DNA of 64,000 bases, taken from the NCBI GenBank assembly GCA_964016885.1, contig OZ024745.1:32240001-32304000 (forward strand), read 5' to 3'. Under the pieces are notes generated by a model. It did no database searches. It saw only the letters and a list, made by a program, of their open reading frames with translations, and had not been told where the DNA came from. The DNA is from Eledone cirrhosa (taxonomy: Eukaryota). Shown here one piece after another: positions 1 through 13,196 of this stretch. A program made the position numbers and the translations under genes. The first letter of the stretch is position 1. Every line of letters begins with the position of its first letter.

Positions 1-74
1 TTTCTGTCATGGGTAATGAAAATCAATGCAAAGGAAGAAAGTCTTTTTTTACCCATGGATGTTCTGACATCATA

Positions 75-930
75 TTATCATCACCATTTAATATCCATTT
101 TTCCATGCTAGCATGGGTTAGACGAGTTGTCCTGTTGTGAGAAATGCCAGGTCAGGTGACCATGTCTTGCTCATACACAACTGATTTTGGTTTGGTTTCT
201 ACAGCTGGATGCCCTCCACACATTTACAGTGAGTGCTTTTGTCGTGATTATTACATGACCACTTTACAGTGTAGGCTGGATGCTTTTTGTAGCGTCAGCA
301 TCATAACCACTTTACAGTGTGGGTTGGGCACATTTTGTTGTGTCCCCATCACAACCTCTTTACAGTGTGGGCTGGGGGCTTTGCTAGATGTATCCTTCAG
401 CCTATCCTCATGGGAGGCATATGGAAGAGTGGGGTGTGGTGAAGGTGATAGTGGTGCATACTATATATATGCTTCAGCTTCAGCCTGTGCCCATAATATT
501 ATATTACTGCATAACACCAGGGATCTCAGTCCTGTGACATCATCTTTGAAAGGTACAATTGAGAAAAGTCTGCTTTTATCTTCAGATCAGATGACCACAT
601 CTTGCTCATACAGAACTGTTTCTAGCTTGGTTTTTGGGGCTCAATGCCTTTCCTAACACCAACCACATTACAGTGTGGATTTGGTGCTCTTTATTATGGC
701 ACCAAAATGATCATCTAACTGGATAGACTGGGTGCATTCTTGTTGTTTCAACAGTACAATCACCTTAGTTTACATTTATTTTTTATGCTCGCATCAGTTA
801 GACAGGTTATCACATTCTGGGACAGATCAGATGGCCATGTCTTGTTCAAACATTCCATTCTGGCATGGTTTTTATGGCTGGATGCCCATCTTAACACTGA
901 CCATTTTACAGAGTGTATTATTTTTATGAT
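75..930 (-). mobile_element. Cluster of degraded RTE 3'-UTR/SINE-tail fragments
   Basis: Contains ccatgctagcatgggttagacg, ttctacagctggatgccc and repeated ccactttacagtgt, which match the reverse complement of the RTE 3' UTR at 10540-10745. Confidence 0.7.
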
Positions 931-1384
931 AATATTCCTATTTTGAACATTTGGTCTTTTGAGCCTAAGACAAGAATGCTCAACAGGTTTGAACCCTAAA
1001 CTTTTATGTTCATTTGTTTCTATGAGTGAATTGTGATGTCAGTAAAATCACATTGAAAAATACAATCAATATTTTTTTTTGGGGGGGGGGGGGGTTACAA
1101 CAGTTTTTAGTATGAACTAATTTCAACCAATCAAATGTGCATGGGGTGTCACCAAAAAAATTAAGAACAATTATAAATAGAGACGTTTTGACTAGATGCA
1201 TCTTTGTCTTTGCTTTTGGTGAAATATCCTTTCTATAAATTCTCATAAAGAGGTGTCTGTCATTCCTTTTGACATTTTCAGTCTGTCATTTATATTTTCT
1301 TCCTTAGTTTTGCCACTAGCTTGCAGTGAGAATTTCTCCCACACATGTATCGGAATGTATATACTGAAAATGTTACTCTTATTA

Positions 1385-1650
1385 TCATCATCACCATCAT
1401 CATCATTTTTACAAACATTTTTCTATGCTTGCATGGGTTGGACAGGTCCTTTTCAGCACAGCATCACTCCACATGTCATGCTACTTCCTCTGTGAGTTTC
1501 AGTGACTTGAGATCAGCTTTCACCATCTCTGCCCAGGTCTTCCTTGGTCTACCTCTACCATGACTTTGTTCCACTGGGATTTCCTGGTACTTATTTACCA
1601 AGTGGTCATTACCCATGCACATCTCATGTCAGTACCAATGTAGTCTTTTT
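1385..1650 (-). mobile_element. Degraded RTE LINE 3' end
   Basis: Minus-strand translation gives GRGRPRKTWAEMVKADLK, matching the RTE C-terminus at 15770-15830, and ends in a catcat tail. Confidence 0.75.
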
Positions 1651-3754
1651 ACATATTCACAGGCCCAGCTGTGTCCCACACACATATACATGATGTCACA
1701 TACATACAGATTGTAAATATAAAATTGTCCATATAAATACTGCTATACAGTGTTTTGTATATCATTTGAAGTATTCTTTTGTTTAAATTCTTCATTAACT
1801 TTTAAAGGAATTCATGAACTCATCATCATTTGATGGCATCTGTTGAAGTGTATATATTTTTCCTTGGTTGTGAATTAGCATCTGTATATTTTTCTACTGG
1901 GAAAATATGAGCTTGTTTCAACTTGCATTACATGCATCAACTTTCATTGAATTATATGCCTGGCAATTAACTGCTACATCTAGTATGGTTGATTAAATCT
2001 TTTAAGAAGCCTATTAAATAATTTAAATATGTTTAAATATTTATCATTTTGTTTTAGTTATGAAACTCCTCTTTTGATTACTCATGAATCATCAGTGTTT
2101 CACTGGTGACTCAATGTTCAGGAATTCATAATCTTTCTGTTTTCATCTGCAAAGTTTATTTTGCTTGCATAGCAACTCTTCAAGTCACTATATTTTACAT
2201 ATCTTTTGCAATTTATGAAATGCTGGCTGCATCTTCATTTGCAGACGTGGCACCACCCAGCTAGTAGCTTCTTTGAAGGTCCATCCGGTTTAGACTCATA
2301 ATCCTACCTATGGTTTATGGGGCTTGAAGCTCAGTTTCTTGCAAATTCTATTATTTCTAATGCTAACTGCATCACATATGTTGTCAGTTTGTTCACAGAA
2401 ATTACACTGTAAATCAGAGATTTAGTAATGACTCCCACAAATACCATCTTATATGGAAAGAGAGCCTCATAAAACATACTTCTGCTTTGCCACAGAACAG
2501 ACTTTACTAACTTCTTTCTTCCAACAAAAGTGTTTGGTCGTAAAAAAAAGAAACATCCAAAGATACTATAATCCTCATTTAACATCTGTTCTCCCTGCTC
2601 GTAAGACTTGGACGGGTCATCACAGACTAGGTGAGTACTCAAGCAGAGCTACTGACCTCTCAGATGGGCAAGAGTGATGGTCGTGACTGTATCTTTCTTG
2701 CATACATTCCTACACTCTACCAAATGTTCAGATGGGCTGAGGCCCCACATCTCACTGCCATATATTTCTGAACTCTGCTGAGAGCATTTTATAATGGCAC
2801 CAGCACTAATGAGGTTGACATAACTGAAGAGTCCTTCCTACCATTTGGCTGGATGACAAATTATTTTAAGAATTTTCCTAAAAATGGGGCCTTCCTGTCT
2901 CCAAAACTATCCTATGAATAATATACTTGGAAATGTAATAATGTAAACAAGTACAATCTGGGAAAACTAGAGGTGGTTTGTATTGACAACAAATATGTAG
3001 TGAAGTTCATGAGTTTCAATAAGTTTGAATGGTGTGGGGAGAAGATGATATGAACACTTTGTCAATGTAATAATCAAATTGTAATAATCAAATGTAATAA
3101 TCAAAATGTAATAGTCAAATTTCAATATTGTAATATCTACACTATCTTTTGCTTCCCCACATATCTAGAGTAGTGAAATTACTGTTAGCATACAGTGAGG
3201 ACAGTGCAGCTACTATTTACATATATATCTGGTACAGTATAACTGAAACAGTGTTCACATACATATCTGGAAATGGTGTAGCTATTGTTCAGCATAAATG
3301 CTGAATCAATACTTATGAAAGTATACCTGAGAAAGTTGCAGCTGCTGCTTTTATACATATATGGATGGGGCAGCTGATTTGGTGAATATAAACATTCTAA
3401 TTTGAACGCTCCACCCTAAAAGAATATCCAAGTGGCAAAGATTCACAGACGTTATGACCACTAGCCAACCAAACTTGTAAACTGTGTACAACTTTTATGT
3501 AAGCCTACATAATGTTTTGCTACTTTTGTAGAGAAACAATTAAAACAGCAAAAATATGATTTATCAAATAACAAGAAAAACTGTGTATAATAAAACATTC
3601 CAAATTTTATTTATCCTACATAAAATTAATATAAAATAATGATATAGAAAAACTTAGCATACATATTCAATCCAATATTAAGTAGAGAGAAAATAGATTA
3701 ATATGATGTATGCATGTTTATATGTAAATGTAGGTAGAACCAAATTATAAATAC

Positions 3755-3802
3755 CTTGTTAGACCATAATCATTTGTATCAACTACATGTCAATCTTAGT
3801 GT
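3755..3802 (-). other. Candidate 48-nt exon (non-coding or terminal)
   Basis: Minus strand reads ttctttcag|ACACTAAG...CTAACAAG|gtattt. Stops occur in all three frames. Confidence 0.3.
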
Positions 3803-4527
3803 CTGAAAGAATATATTTGGCTTAAGAAATCATTGGCAGGAAGAACCAACTATGACAGGATTCTGAAATTGGGAGAAAAAGGAATATTTTTCCTATTGAT
3901 CTAAAGCTATAGTCACTTTATATAACTGGATAGCACATGGACAAAATGTTTGGAATATTCTAAATGTTTTCAAGGAGCCAAATGTATCAAACAAGGGGGT
4001 ATTTACTCAGAACTACATATATAGTTCAGAGAGAGAGAGAGAGAATTTGATGATGGATGAGACAAATCCACTTCCTCATTGGTTTCAAAGGTGGGCTGAG
4101 TCCATTCTATACTATTCCACACCTATATTAAATACATTATCCAATCTTTTCTCATCAGAACTTCAACTCTCTGGATCTCTTCCCTTGTCTCAATATTCTT
4201 TATGCACATCAACCAACAGACATTCAAGATAAACAGCAACCATTTTTTAGTTTCTTTAATAAATGGTTCTTGCTGTTTAACCCGAGGTCAACCCTGATCA
4301 AAGACATTTCAGCTATAAACATCTCGTCTTTTACTAATATGTAGAATGATTAATGATTACAAGGTAATGATGATAATGATAAAAACAATGATGACGAACA
4401 TTATGAAGATGATGATGATGATGAATATGATGATGATTACGATAATAATTTTGGTGATTATGATGATTATGATGATGTACTTAGAGTTAAAGTACAACAT
4501 GAAGACAATATCTTCAGCTGCCACCAA

Positions 4528-4582
<55 letters not shown>

Positions 4583-4754
4583 CCCTCCTTCTCCCCCTTA
4601 CTATACACTATACATAATATACACACTTCACTGATTTCTAAAAATGTATACAGCCAGCTGCAGACTTTATTATGAGTTTTTATCACTTTCTTTTTTTTAT
4701 TTTTTTGTTTTTTGTTCTTTTTTATATTACTTTACAGTTACATGACTTTTGTTG

Positions 4755-5255
4755 ATGTGGTGTTGGTGGTGGTAGTGGTGGTGGTGGTATTGGTGGTGCT
4801 GATGATGGTGATGGTAGTGGGGGGTGGGGGTGGGGGTGGTAGTGGTGGTGGTGTTGGTGGAGCTGATGATGGTGGTGATAGTGGTGGTGGAGGTGATGGT
4901 GGTGGTTATGATGGTGGTGGTAGTGGTGGTGGTGGCGGTGTTGGTGGTGATGGTGGTGGTTGTGGTAGTGGTGGCGATGGTGGTGTTGATGGTGGTGATG
5001 GTGGATGTGACAGTGGTGATGGTGGTGGTGGTGATGGTTGTGGCGGCAGTGGTGATGATGGTGGTGGTGGTGGATGTGACAGTGGTGGTGGGTGTGACAG
5101 TGGTGATGATGGTGGTGGTGATGGTGGTGGCGGCAGTGGTGGTGGCAGTGGTGGTGGTAGTTATTGCAGTAGTTGTTATTTTTGCAGTGGTAGCAGCAGT
5201 AAAAGTAACAGCAACAGTAGTAGTAGTAGTAGTAGTAGTAATGGTGGTGGTGGTG
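4755..5255 (+). repeat. (GGT/GAT)n trinucleotide array
   Basis: Degenerate GGT/GAT/AGT repeats seen directly. Confidence 0.95.
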
Positions 5256-5329
5256 TCAACTGCAGTATCAACAGCAGTTGTTTTAGGCAGTAGAAGCAGT
5301 AGCTATAGTGTTGTTGAAATGCTCCAGCC

Positions 5330-5600
5330 CTTCCTTAACCTCCCTTCTTACCCTACCCCCACCCCCTTCTTCCACCTCCCACTCTTCCTCCCCTCCCTTC
5401 TTTCTCCATCTCTTCCTTCACCTTCCTTCTTTCTCCACCTTTACCTCTCACTCTTTCTCCACCTCCCACTCTTTCTCCACCTTCACCTCTCGCTCTTTCT
5501 CCAACTCCCACTCTTCCTTCACCTTCACCTTTCACTCTTCCTCCACCTCCCTTCTTTCTACACCTTCACCTCCCACTCTTCCTCCACCTCCCCTCTTCAA
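5330..5600 (+). repeat. C/T-rich ~18-bp minisatellite (ctctttctccacctccca-like)
   Basis: Repeated polypyrimidine unit. Confidence 0.85.
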
Positions 5601-5704
5601 TCACACACAGAACTAATGCAACCAATATTATTACAGCAATATTGTTTTCCTTTGGAAAATGCAGGCATATATAGATAAAATCTCCCTCCCTCTCTCCCTA
5701 ACTA

Positions 5705-5818
<114 letters not shown>

Positions 5819-6099
5819 AATTGGCACTGATTCAATCCCAGTGAGTTTTACTACATTAGTATAGAAGCCAGTCAAAGAAAGCCATATCTTATGATTATTA
5901 GATGTGTGCATGTTTATGTGCATGTACGTATGTTGAGTCATGATAGCCTGTTTATAGCTCTGAGTTAATAAAGAATTATAACTTAGCTTAGATTAACTAA
6001 ATACACACTATCTCTCACTAAGTACATATATATATATATATATATACATACAGAGAAAGTAACACGAGTTACTTTAGGTTCATTCTGTCATTACTTCCA

Positions 6100-6200
6100 C
6101 AGAGGTCCGACAAGTCATTGATTACAGAGTCGGGCTAGATCGATACAGATCAAACTTTGAGCTGATCAATAGCGAAACATGCGTCACCAACCAATAAACG
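6100..6200 (+). ncRNA. Degenerate Penelope-type minimal hammerhead motif with AATAAA
   Basis: ccgacaa-gtcattgatt...gatcaatagc-GAAA-catgcg-TC-acc..aataaa. Related to the copy at 8151-8245. Confidence 0.45.
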
Positions 6201-6230
6201 TAATGAAGTAGTAACCACTCATCCTTGTTT

Positions 6231-6278
<48 letters not shown>

Positions 6279-8150
6279 ATAATAATTACGAAGACCAAAA
6301 TCTGAAGAGGGTTCGATAAGGATTGTATACATATATATATATGTATGTATATGTGTGTATATATCATCAATCAATGTCCACTTTCAAGGGTTGAATGGGT
6401 CTGTACTACAGTAGGGATACTGACCTACCAGACAGGCTGTGGGTTTGCATCTCCCTTACATATGGTTCCACGTTCTACCAAGTGCATTTTATTGTGACAC
6501 CAGCACAGGAAAAATTGTCATGTCTTTGATACAACTGGAGTGTCCTTCCAACCCTTTTTTGACAAGCTTTCTATGGCTGGATGTTATTCCTATCAGCAAC
6601 CACTTTACAGTATGTACTGGGTGTGTTTTTCAGGTAAACCAACATTACCAAGGAAGTTGTCATATCCTTGACTCAGTTATCACTTCAGAGTTGAAATTTA
6701 AAACCCGATAGGCAGATAGAGAATTCTTTGAAACACTTGTAAGCATTATATATAAATGAGATGGTAAAGAAATGTTAAGACTGGAGGGAAGCTGTTGAAA
6801 AGGACACATCCAACTAAAGCAAGCATAGTAAGGCAGATGTAAAATGATGATGAGGAGGAGGAAGAGAAGGAGGAGGGGGGGGGGGGGGGGGGGGGGGATA
6901 CAATTACTATCATCATTTAAAGTCCATATTCCATGCTAACAAAGATTGGATGAGTCATCACAGACCAATTCAGTTTGTTTTCAGATGGCCTGAGGGCCCC
7001 ACATCTTGCTTACATACATTTATGCACTCTATGGAGTGCACTAGGTGCATTTTATTATGACACCAACACTAGGGGAGGTTGTCATGTCTTTGACACAGCT
7101 GAAGAATTCTTTAGACAATATGATTGGCAGGTTTTCTATGGCTGGATGCTCTTCCAAACATCAACCACTTTACAGAGTGTACTGTGTGCTACTTGCACAC
7201 ACATAAATATATATTACTGTGTGTTTATAAATATTAAACAGTATTTATATATATATATAAAGAACAAAGATTAACAGGGATTTTAATTAAAGTATTTAAT
7301 TGATTTATGTCCGTTTCATTCGACTAACAAGAATAACTCCTCAGAAATAAATTAAATACAACTCCCTTAAACTTGCTTATATAAATATATTGTTATACTT
7401 TGGGAGGGTCATGCTGCTAATAAAAACACATGTACCAGTTTAATAACAAGATGGTTGTTTAGTTGTTAATTGTCAAAGCTCTTTTTGTCACACATTCTGT
7501 GACCTCTTCAGTGACTACTTTTGCTATGTTGTGTCTCTGCTTTTGCCCCATCTTGTCTTTATGAGCTAAGCTTCTGAACTGCATATGCATTGTGTCTGTG
7601 TGTGTATATATGTGTCTTCTTGTTCCTGTTTTACACCATGTTATCTTTATGGGCTGCACACCTGGATTGTGCAAGCATTTGAGTGTATTTGTGTGTTCCT
7701 GCTTCTATAAGCTTTTGTGTTTAGAAGTGGCTAGTGGTAACTATGGAGACAGAATGTTGTGAGGTGGGTGAAAAAAGTAGGTGAAAAGTATGGATGATTA
7801 AGAGCGGAGAGTGTTGGAAAACTAATGGAGACTAATGTTACAATAAGAGTGGAGATTCAGGCTGCAAACTTTACAAGACAATACAAAATCACAGATACAT
7901 CTAAACCTCATCAGCTCTTATTTGACTTGCAGTTTCACATGAGTAATGTGAATACTACAGTTTTTTATGCCTGTTCGTAAACCATTAAGCAAATAAACAT
8001 TTCTGCTGGTATGATGACCGTATGATGATAACAAAACATAACAGACGAACAGACAGACAAATCAGGGAGCGAAAGAAGATATGCCCAGTTGGTATCTGTC
8101 ACTAGCTAATAGAGAAGGCACAGCCCCAATATATATAATATTTATATATA

Positions 8151-8245
8151 TCTGATGAGCTATCAATTCCAGAGTTGGGCACAATAGATACTCATTGTAC
8201 CTTGAGCTGATCAATCATGGAATGCGTGTCACTCGTGAATAAACA
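8151..8245 (+). ncRNA. Degenerate Penelope-type minimal hammerhead motif with AATAAA
   Basis: CTGATGA-gctatcaatt...gatcaatcat-ggaa-tgcgtg-TC...aataaa, directly after (TA)n. Confidence 0.45.
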
Positions 8246-8279
8246 TAATAATGATATTTTGACACCTTGTTCGTTACTC

Positions 8280-8462
8280 TTGGCAGTATCGATAGAAGGT
8301 CAGACGCCATGCTTTGACGTATAGAGTTACGGTCCTTGCCATTCTGAGTTCAAATCCCGCCGAGGTTAACTTTACCTTTCATCCTTACGGGGTCGATAAA
8401 ATAAAGTACCAGTAATGCACTGGGTAATTGCTGGCCTTGTGCCAAACGTAGAAACAATTATT
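8280..8462 (+). mobile_element. tRNA-derived SINE (Nin-like core; octopus OK/OR-type)
   Basis: A-box-like tggcagtatcgatag, B box gagttcaaatccc, core ctttcatccttacggggtcgataaaataaagtacc and tail ggccttgtgccaaa.gtagaaacaattatt. More than 15 copies in the window. Confidence 0.85.
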
Positions 8463-8472
8463 TTGTATATAT

Positions 8473-10762
8473 GAAAGAAAGTTCAAGCATGTTCTACAAC
8501 GTGAGGACCAAAAACGTGAGGTGTTCAGGATTGCTAGGCAATGTGTCAAGGAAAACAGTGATATTGTCGGGGAGAAGTGTGTACTTAACGACGATGGCGT
8601 ACTTGCCATCACCGACGCCGATATGAAGGTAGCTTGGAAGTGTCACTATGAAAGGCTACTAAATGAGGAGAATAAATGGGAGAAAGACAGTCTCCCCCAC
8701 ATCGACCCAATAGAGGGACCAGCAGTGTTAGTCGAGGGTAGTATAATAAGTAAGGCAATCAAAGATATGAAGACAGGCAAGGCGGCTGGGCCTTCAGAAA
8801 TAGTTGCCGAGATGCTGAAGGCATCTGGTACGGTGGGACACACCATGGTCACCCGGATAGTCAACCAAGTCATACAGAATGGGGTTGTTCCGAAGGACTG
8901 GCATAGCAGCATTATTGTTAACTGTTATAAGGGTAAAGGAGATGCCCTAGATAGGAGTAACTATAGAGGCATTAAATTAATCGACCAGGTCATGAAGGTC
9001 ACGGAAAAAGTAATAGCGCAACTAATCAGAGAGCGAATTGATCTAGATGAAATGCAGTTCGGGTTTGTGTCAGGAAAAAGTACCACAGACGCTCTTTTCA
9101 TTGTACGACAACTACAGGAGAAGTACCTAGCTAAAAGTAAACCCCTATACTTAGCTTTCGTCGACTTGGAGAAGGCCTTCGACAGAGTCCCCCGTTCCAT
9201 TATCTGGTGGGCTCTTAGAAAACTAGGTGTTGATGAATGGCTTGTGAGAGCTATACAAGCCATGTATAAAGAAACAGTCAGCAAGGTTAGAATTAACAAC
9301 GAATATAGTGAAGAGTTTAGTGTAAAAGTTGGTGTTCATCAGGGCTCTGTTCTTAGCCCCCTACTATTTATTATTGCCCTCCAGGCTATAACAGTGGAGT
9401 TCAAGACCGGCTGCCCATGGGAACTCCTATACGCAGATGATCTAACGCTCATAGCTGAATCAATGGCCGAGCTAGAGAAGAAATTCCAAACATGGAAGCA
9501 CGGCCTAGAATCAAAAGGCCTTAAAATTAACCTGGCTAAGACTAAAGTTCTAGTTTGTAAGAAAGAAAATAAGGCGGCGGTCCCCTCCGGGAAGTGGCCA
9601 TGCGCAGAGTGTAGGAAAGGCGTAGGTAGAAGTTCCATTTTGTGTCCCAAATGCAAAGTTTGGGTGCATAAAAGATGTAGTGGGATCACAGGTAAGCTAA
9701 CTAAGAACATAGATTTTACATGTGGCCGGTGTTCAGGGGCAATAAGTAGCAGCAAGTGCCCACAAAATACTAGCTCTTTCAACTGCGCAGAGGGTTCTAT
9801 AGAAATAGTGGACAGCTTCCGTTACCTGGGTGACAAAATCAGCAGTGGGGGAGGGTGCTCTGAAAGTACAGTAGCTAGAGTCAGAACTGGGTGGAAAAAG
9901 TTCAGAGAGCTTATACCACTATTAGCCGCTAAAGGGTTCTCCCTAAAAATGAAAGGCAGGCTGTACGATGCCTGCATACGAACAGCAATGTTGCATGGCA
10001 GTGAGACCTGGGCATTGTGTGCAGAGGATATACGCAGACTAGAGAGAAACGAAGCTTGCATGCTCCGCTGGATGTGTAATAGTAATATACGTGAACGACA
10101 AAGCATAAACGAACTAAGGAAAAAATTAGAAATAAGAGGGATCAGATGTTGTTTACTAGAGAGAAGGCTACGTTGGTATGGTCACGTGATGCGCATGAAG
10201 GACGATGCAGGGCAATAAAGATAGACGGTAGCCACGGAATAGGCAGACCAAGAAAAACCTGGGACGAGGTGATAAACTCCGACCTCACACACTTACACCT
10301 CACCAAGACAATGTCACTGGACCGAAACCTTTGGCGGTACTCAGTAATAGAGAAGACCCGCCTTACCTAAATACAAAGTAAAACCTACTACAGTCAGTAG
10401 GCATCTCTAACAAAATACACCCCCGTCCCACCACCCCCACCCCATCCACACCGCCCCCTTCTATGTAAAGTTATGTTGGTGCCACACAATCCAGGCTGAA
10501 ACAAATGAGATCGTGTAGGTATCACGACAAAAAACACACAGTCCACGCTGTAATGTGGCCGTGTAGGCAACACGGTAAAAACCTCCCAGACCCACACTGT
10601 AAATGTGGTTGGTGTTAGGAAGGTCATCCAACTGTAGAAAACCTGCCAGACAGTCCTATGCGAGCAAGACAATCACTCTTGCCTCAAGTGGGAAAACCCC
10701 CGTCCAAACCCATGCAAGCGTGGAACACGGACGTTAAACGTTGATGATGATGATGATGATGA

Positions 10763-10765
<3 letters not shown>
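8473..10765 (+). mobile_element. 5'-truncated RTE-clade LINE (family 1) with ~390-nt 3' UTR and (GAT)n tail
   Basis: RT motifs NYRGIKL, QFGF, FVDLEKAFD, GVHQGSVLSP, YADD, FRYLG and RLRWYGHV. No endonuclease domain. Ends ggacgttaaacgtt(gat)n into (TA)n. Confidence 0.95.
8521..10370 (+). pseudogene. RTE reverse transcriptase ORF, frameshifted near 10205
   Basis: 565-aa open frame. Comparison with the sister copy at 60196-60396 shows a 16-nt deletion (cagctgtataacaaag) that shifts the GRPRKTW C-terminus out of frame. Confidence 0.9.
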
Positions 10766-10823
<58 letters not shown>

Positions 10824-11511
10824 TGTGTGTATGTATGTATGTATATATGTATGTATATTATACTGCTTCTATTCATATACTGCTGTAATAAATAGGAACA
10901 TCTTGTATATCTATCATGGTTGCCATAAACATATACAATGACAACAGAAATTAGCCGGAAGTCAGGTAGAAATCCAGATTAACAACACAGAAACTAATGT
11001 GATATTCCCACTGTTTTTTTTATTGAATTTATCTGATGTCGCTTATGAATCAAAGTATTTTTAGCTCAATTTATGTTTCAAATTAACAACTCTTTTTATC
11101 TGAGTCGCCCTCTCTCCCTCTCTCTCTCTCTCTTTCTCTCTAAATAATAATAATAATAATAATTTTATTATTATTTGAAAATCATAGACAGTGTCATCTA
11201 TTAGAAATATAGTAATGAAAGATTTAATATAGTAGTAAATAAAATATAATCTTAATTTTCTTTGTATCCAGAATTTTGATAATTACCTTACTTTTAAATT
11301 ATGTCTTCCAACTTAGCTTAACTCATAACACAACTGACTCAATCCAACCTAATTTAATCAAGTCCTTCATCAGTTCATTCACATGGTTTGGTAATGTTAA
11401 CTGAACATTGAGCCAAGAAACAAATTATATCATGAACCTTATACCTAATCTCTTAACCATCTTATACCTTCCTAGTATGTTATCATAATTAATTAGTCTG
11501 TATTATTAAGG

Positions 11512-11695
11512 TTGGCAGTATCGATAGAGAGTTGGGCACCATGCTTTCCAGCATATAGTTACGTCCCTTTACGGACTGAGTTCAAATCCTGCCGAGGTTA
11601 ACTTTGCCTTTCATCCTTACGAGGTCGATAAAATAAAGTACCAGTAATGTACTGGTTAATTGCTGGCCTGGTGCCAAAAGTAGAAACAATTATTA
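11512..11695 (+). mobile_element. tRNA-derived SINE (Nin-like core)
   Basis: Near-identical to 8280-8462. Confidence 0.85.
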
Positions 11696-11944
11696 AGGAT
11701 AAAAGCAGTATCACAGAAAAAATTCTCTCTCTCCAATTTTGTCTTTCCTTCTTTGATCTTAGTATATTGGGGAAATTACTAGCCTCACTAATCTCGTTTC
11801 TTTATGGAATTTCTATTATGTAGTTGAGGTTTCATTTCACACCACCACTACAACCAACCTTCATTTTATTTTTATAATATTTTAACTTCTTTTTAAACTT
11901 TTCTTTTACTCTTATGTCTTTTTTTTTTAATGTTATATCCAGTT

Positions 11945-12115
11945 CCACACTGTAAATGTGGTTGGTGTTAGGAAGGGCATCCAGCCGTAGAAAACCTGCC
12001 AGATAGTTCTATATGAGCGAGACACGGTCACCCGACCTACCTTGCCGCAAGTGGGACAACTCCCGTCTAACCCATGCTAGCGTGGAAGATGGACGTTAAA
12101 CGAAGATGATGATGA

Positions 12116-12118
<3 letters not shown>
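11945..12118 (+). mobile_element. RTE family-1 3'-UTR fragment
   Basis: Matches 10592-10765, with a (GAT)n tail running into (TA)n. Confidence 0.85.
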
Positions 12119-12167
<49 letters not shown>

Positions 12168-12848
12168 TTTGCCTCACTCTTATTTAAACATTTCATCGGA
12201 ATTTTCTTTTGATCATTAACACTCCCACCATCTGAATCAGCCCTTCCATTATAATTGTTTGCTTGTACAACAATCAGTTCTAATCATTGTTATCATTGTC
12301 ATCATCATCATCATCATCATCAACTCCCTACAGCTCCCACTTAAGAATGAGGTCACCTACCTTACTTGGTGATATTTATGGTAACTATTTTTGGTAAGTC
12401 AGTCATTTAAGTTCTAATCAAGTTGGAGTTAGCTTACAATTTTAGCCTCTCAGATCAATAAAATATATTGAGTAAGAGGAGGAGGAGGAAGAGGTACTAT
12501 TCCAGGAGACAAGGGTAAAGGAAGCAACTGAGCCACTGAAGCTTCTAAGTGGTTGCTCAAACTGTTAGAAATCAGAACCAAATTTCCCTCAAGTTACACC
12601 ATATCATGTATATATATGTATCATTGATATCAAGAGACGTGAACATAAGTGAGATGTGATCTTCCAGGCTTACTTGGAGAGCTGTAGCTCGGATTAAGTA
12701 CAGACTTAATCTATAACAACCTACCCAACACATGCAGGCATGGAATGGCAAACTTAAAAACGTTGATGACACACACATATATATATCATCATCATCATAT
12801 ATATATGTATATATATATATATATTTATTAAAATAACAGATTAAAGTT

Positions 12849-12925
12849 TAAGCAAAGAATCGCTGCTTTCACCCCTAACGGGATCTTCTGAAATGTTAAG
12901 AGTGAAAACAGCGATTCTTTGCTTA
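12849..12925. repeat. Inverted repeat (24-bp arms, one mismatch)
   Basis: taagcaaagaatcgctgctttcac ... gtgaaaacagcgattctttgctta. Confidence 0.9.
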
Positions 12926-13182
12926 TTTTAATAATTATTATTACTATATATATATATATATATATGTTGTGTGTATGTATGTATATATATATATATATTA
13001 TATACAGAGTTATAAACTCAAATAGTCTTTTACAATTAAATAGCTCAAAGAAATTTTTAGTCCCATAAAACCGGCTGCTATTTTTAGCGGCACGAGTATA
13101 GGACGCGCTAGACACTGTGACACATGTGCGTTAAAAAACACATTTCTCTCAGTCTTCTTAAGTATTTTGAAGTGAAACTTAC

Positions 13183-13196
13183 CAATTTCTGGATAC
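13183..13196 (-). other. Candidate 14-nt microexon
   Basis: Minus strand reads ttcctatttctgtgctcttctgcag|GTATCCAGAAATTG|gtaagt: strong pyrimidine tract and consensus donor. Confidence 0.55.

Noticed and set aside
4712-5678. Gly-rich and Val/Leu-rich ORFs
   Set aside because: Simple-repeat artefacts.
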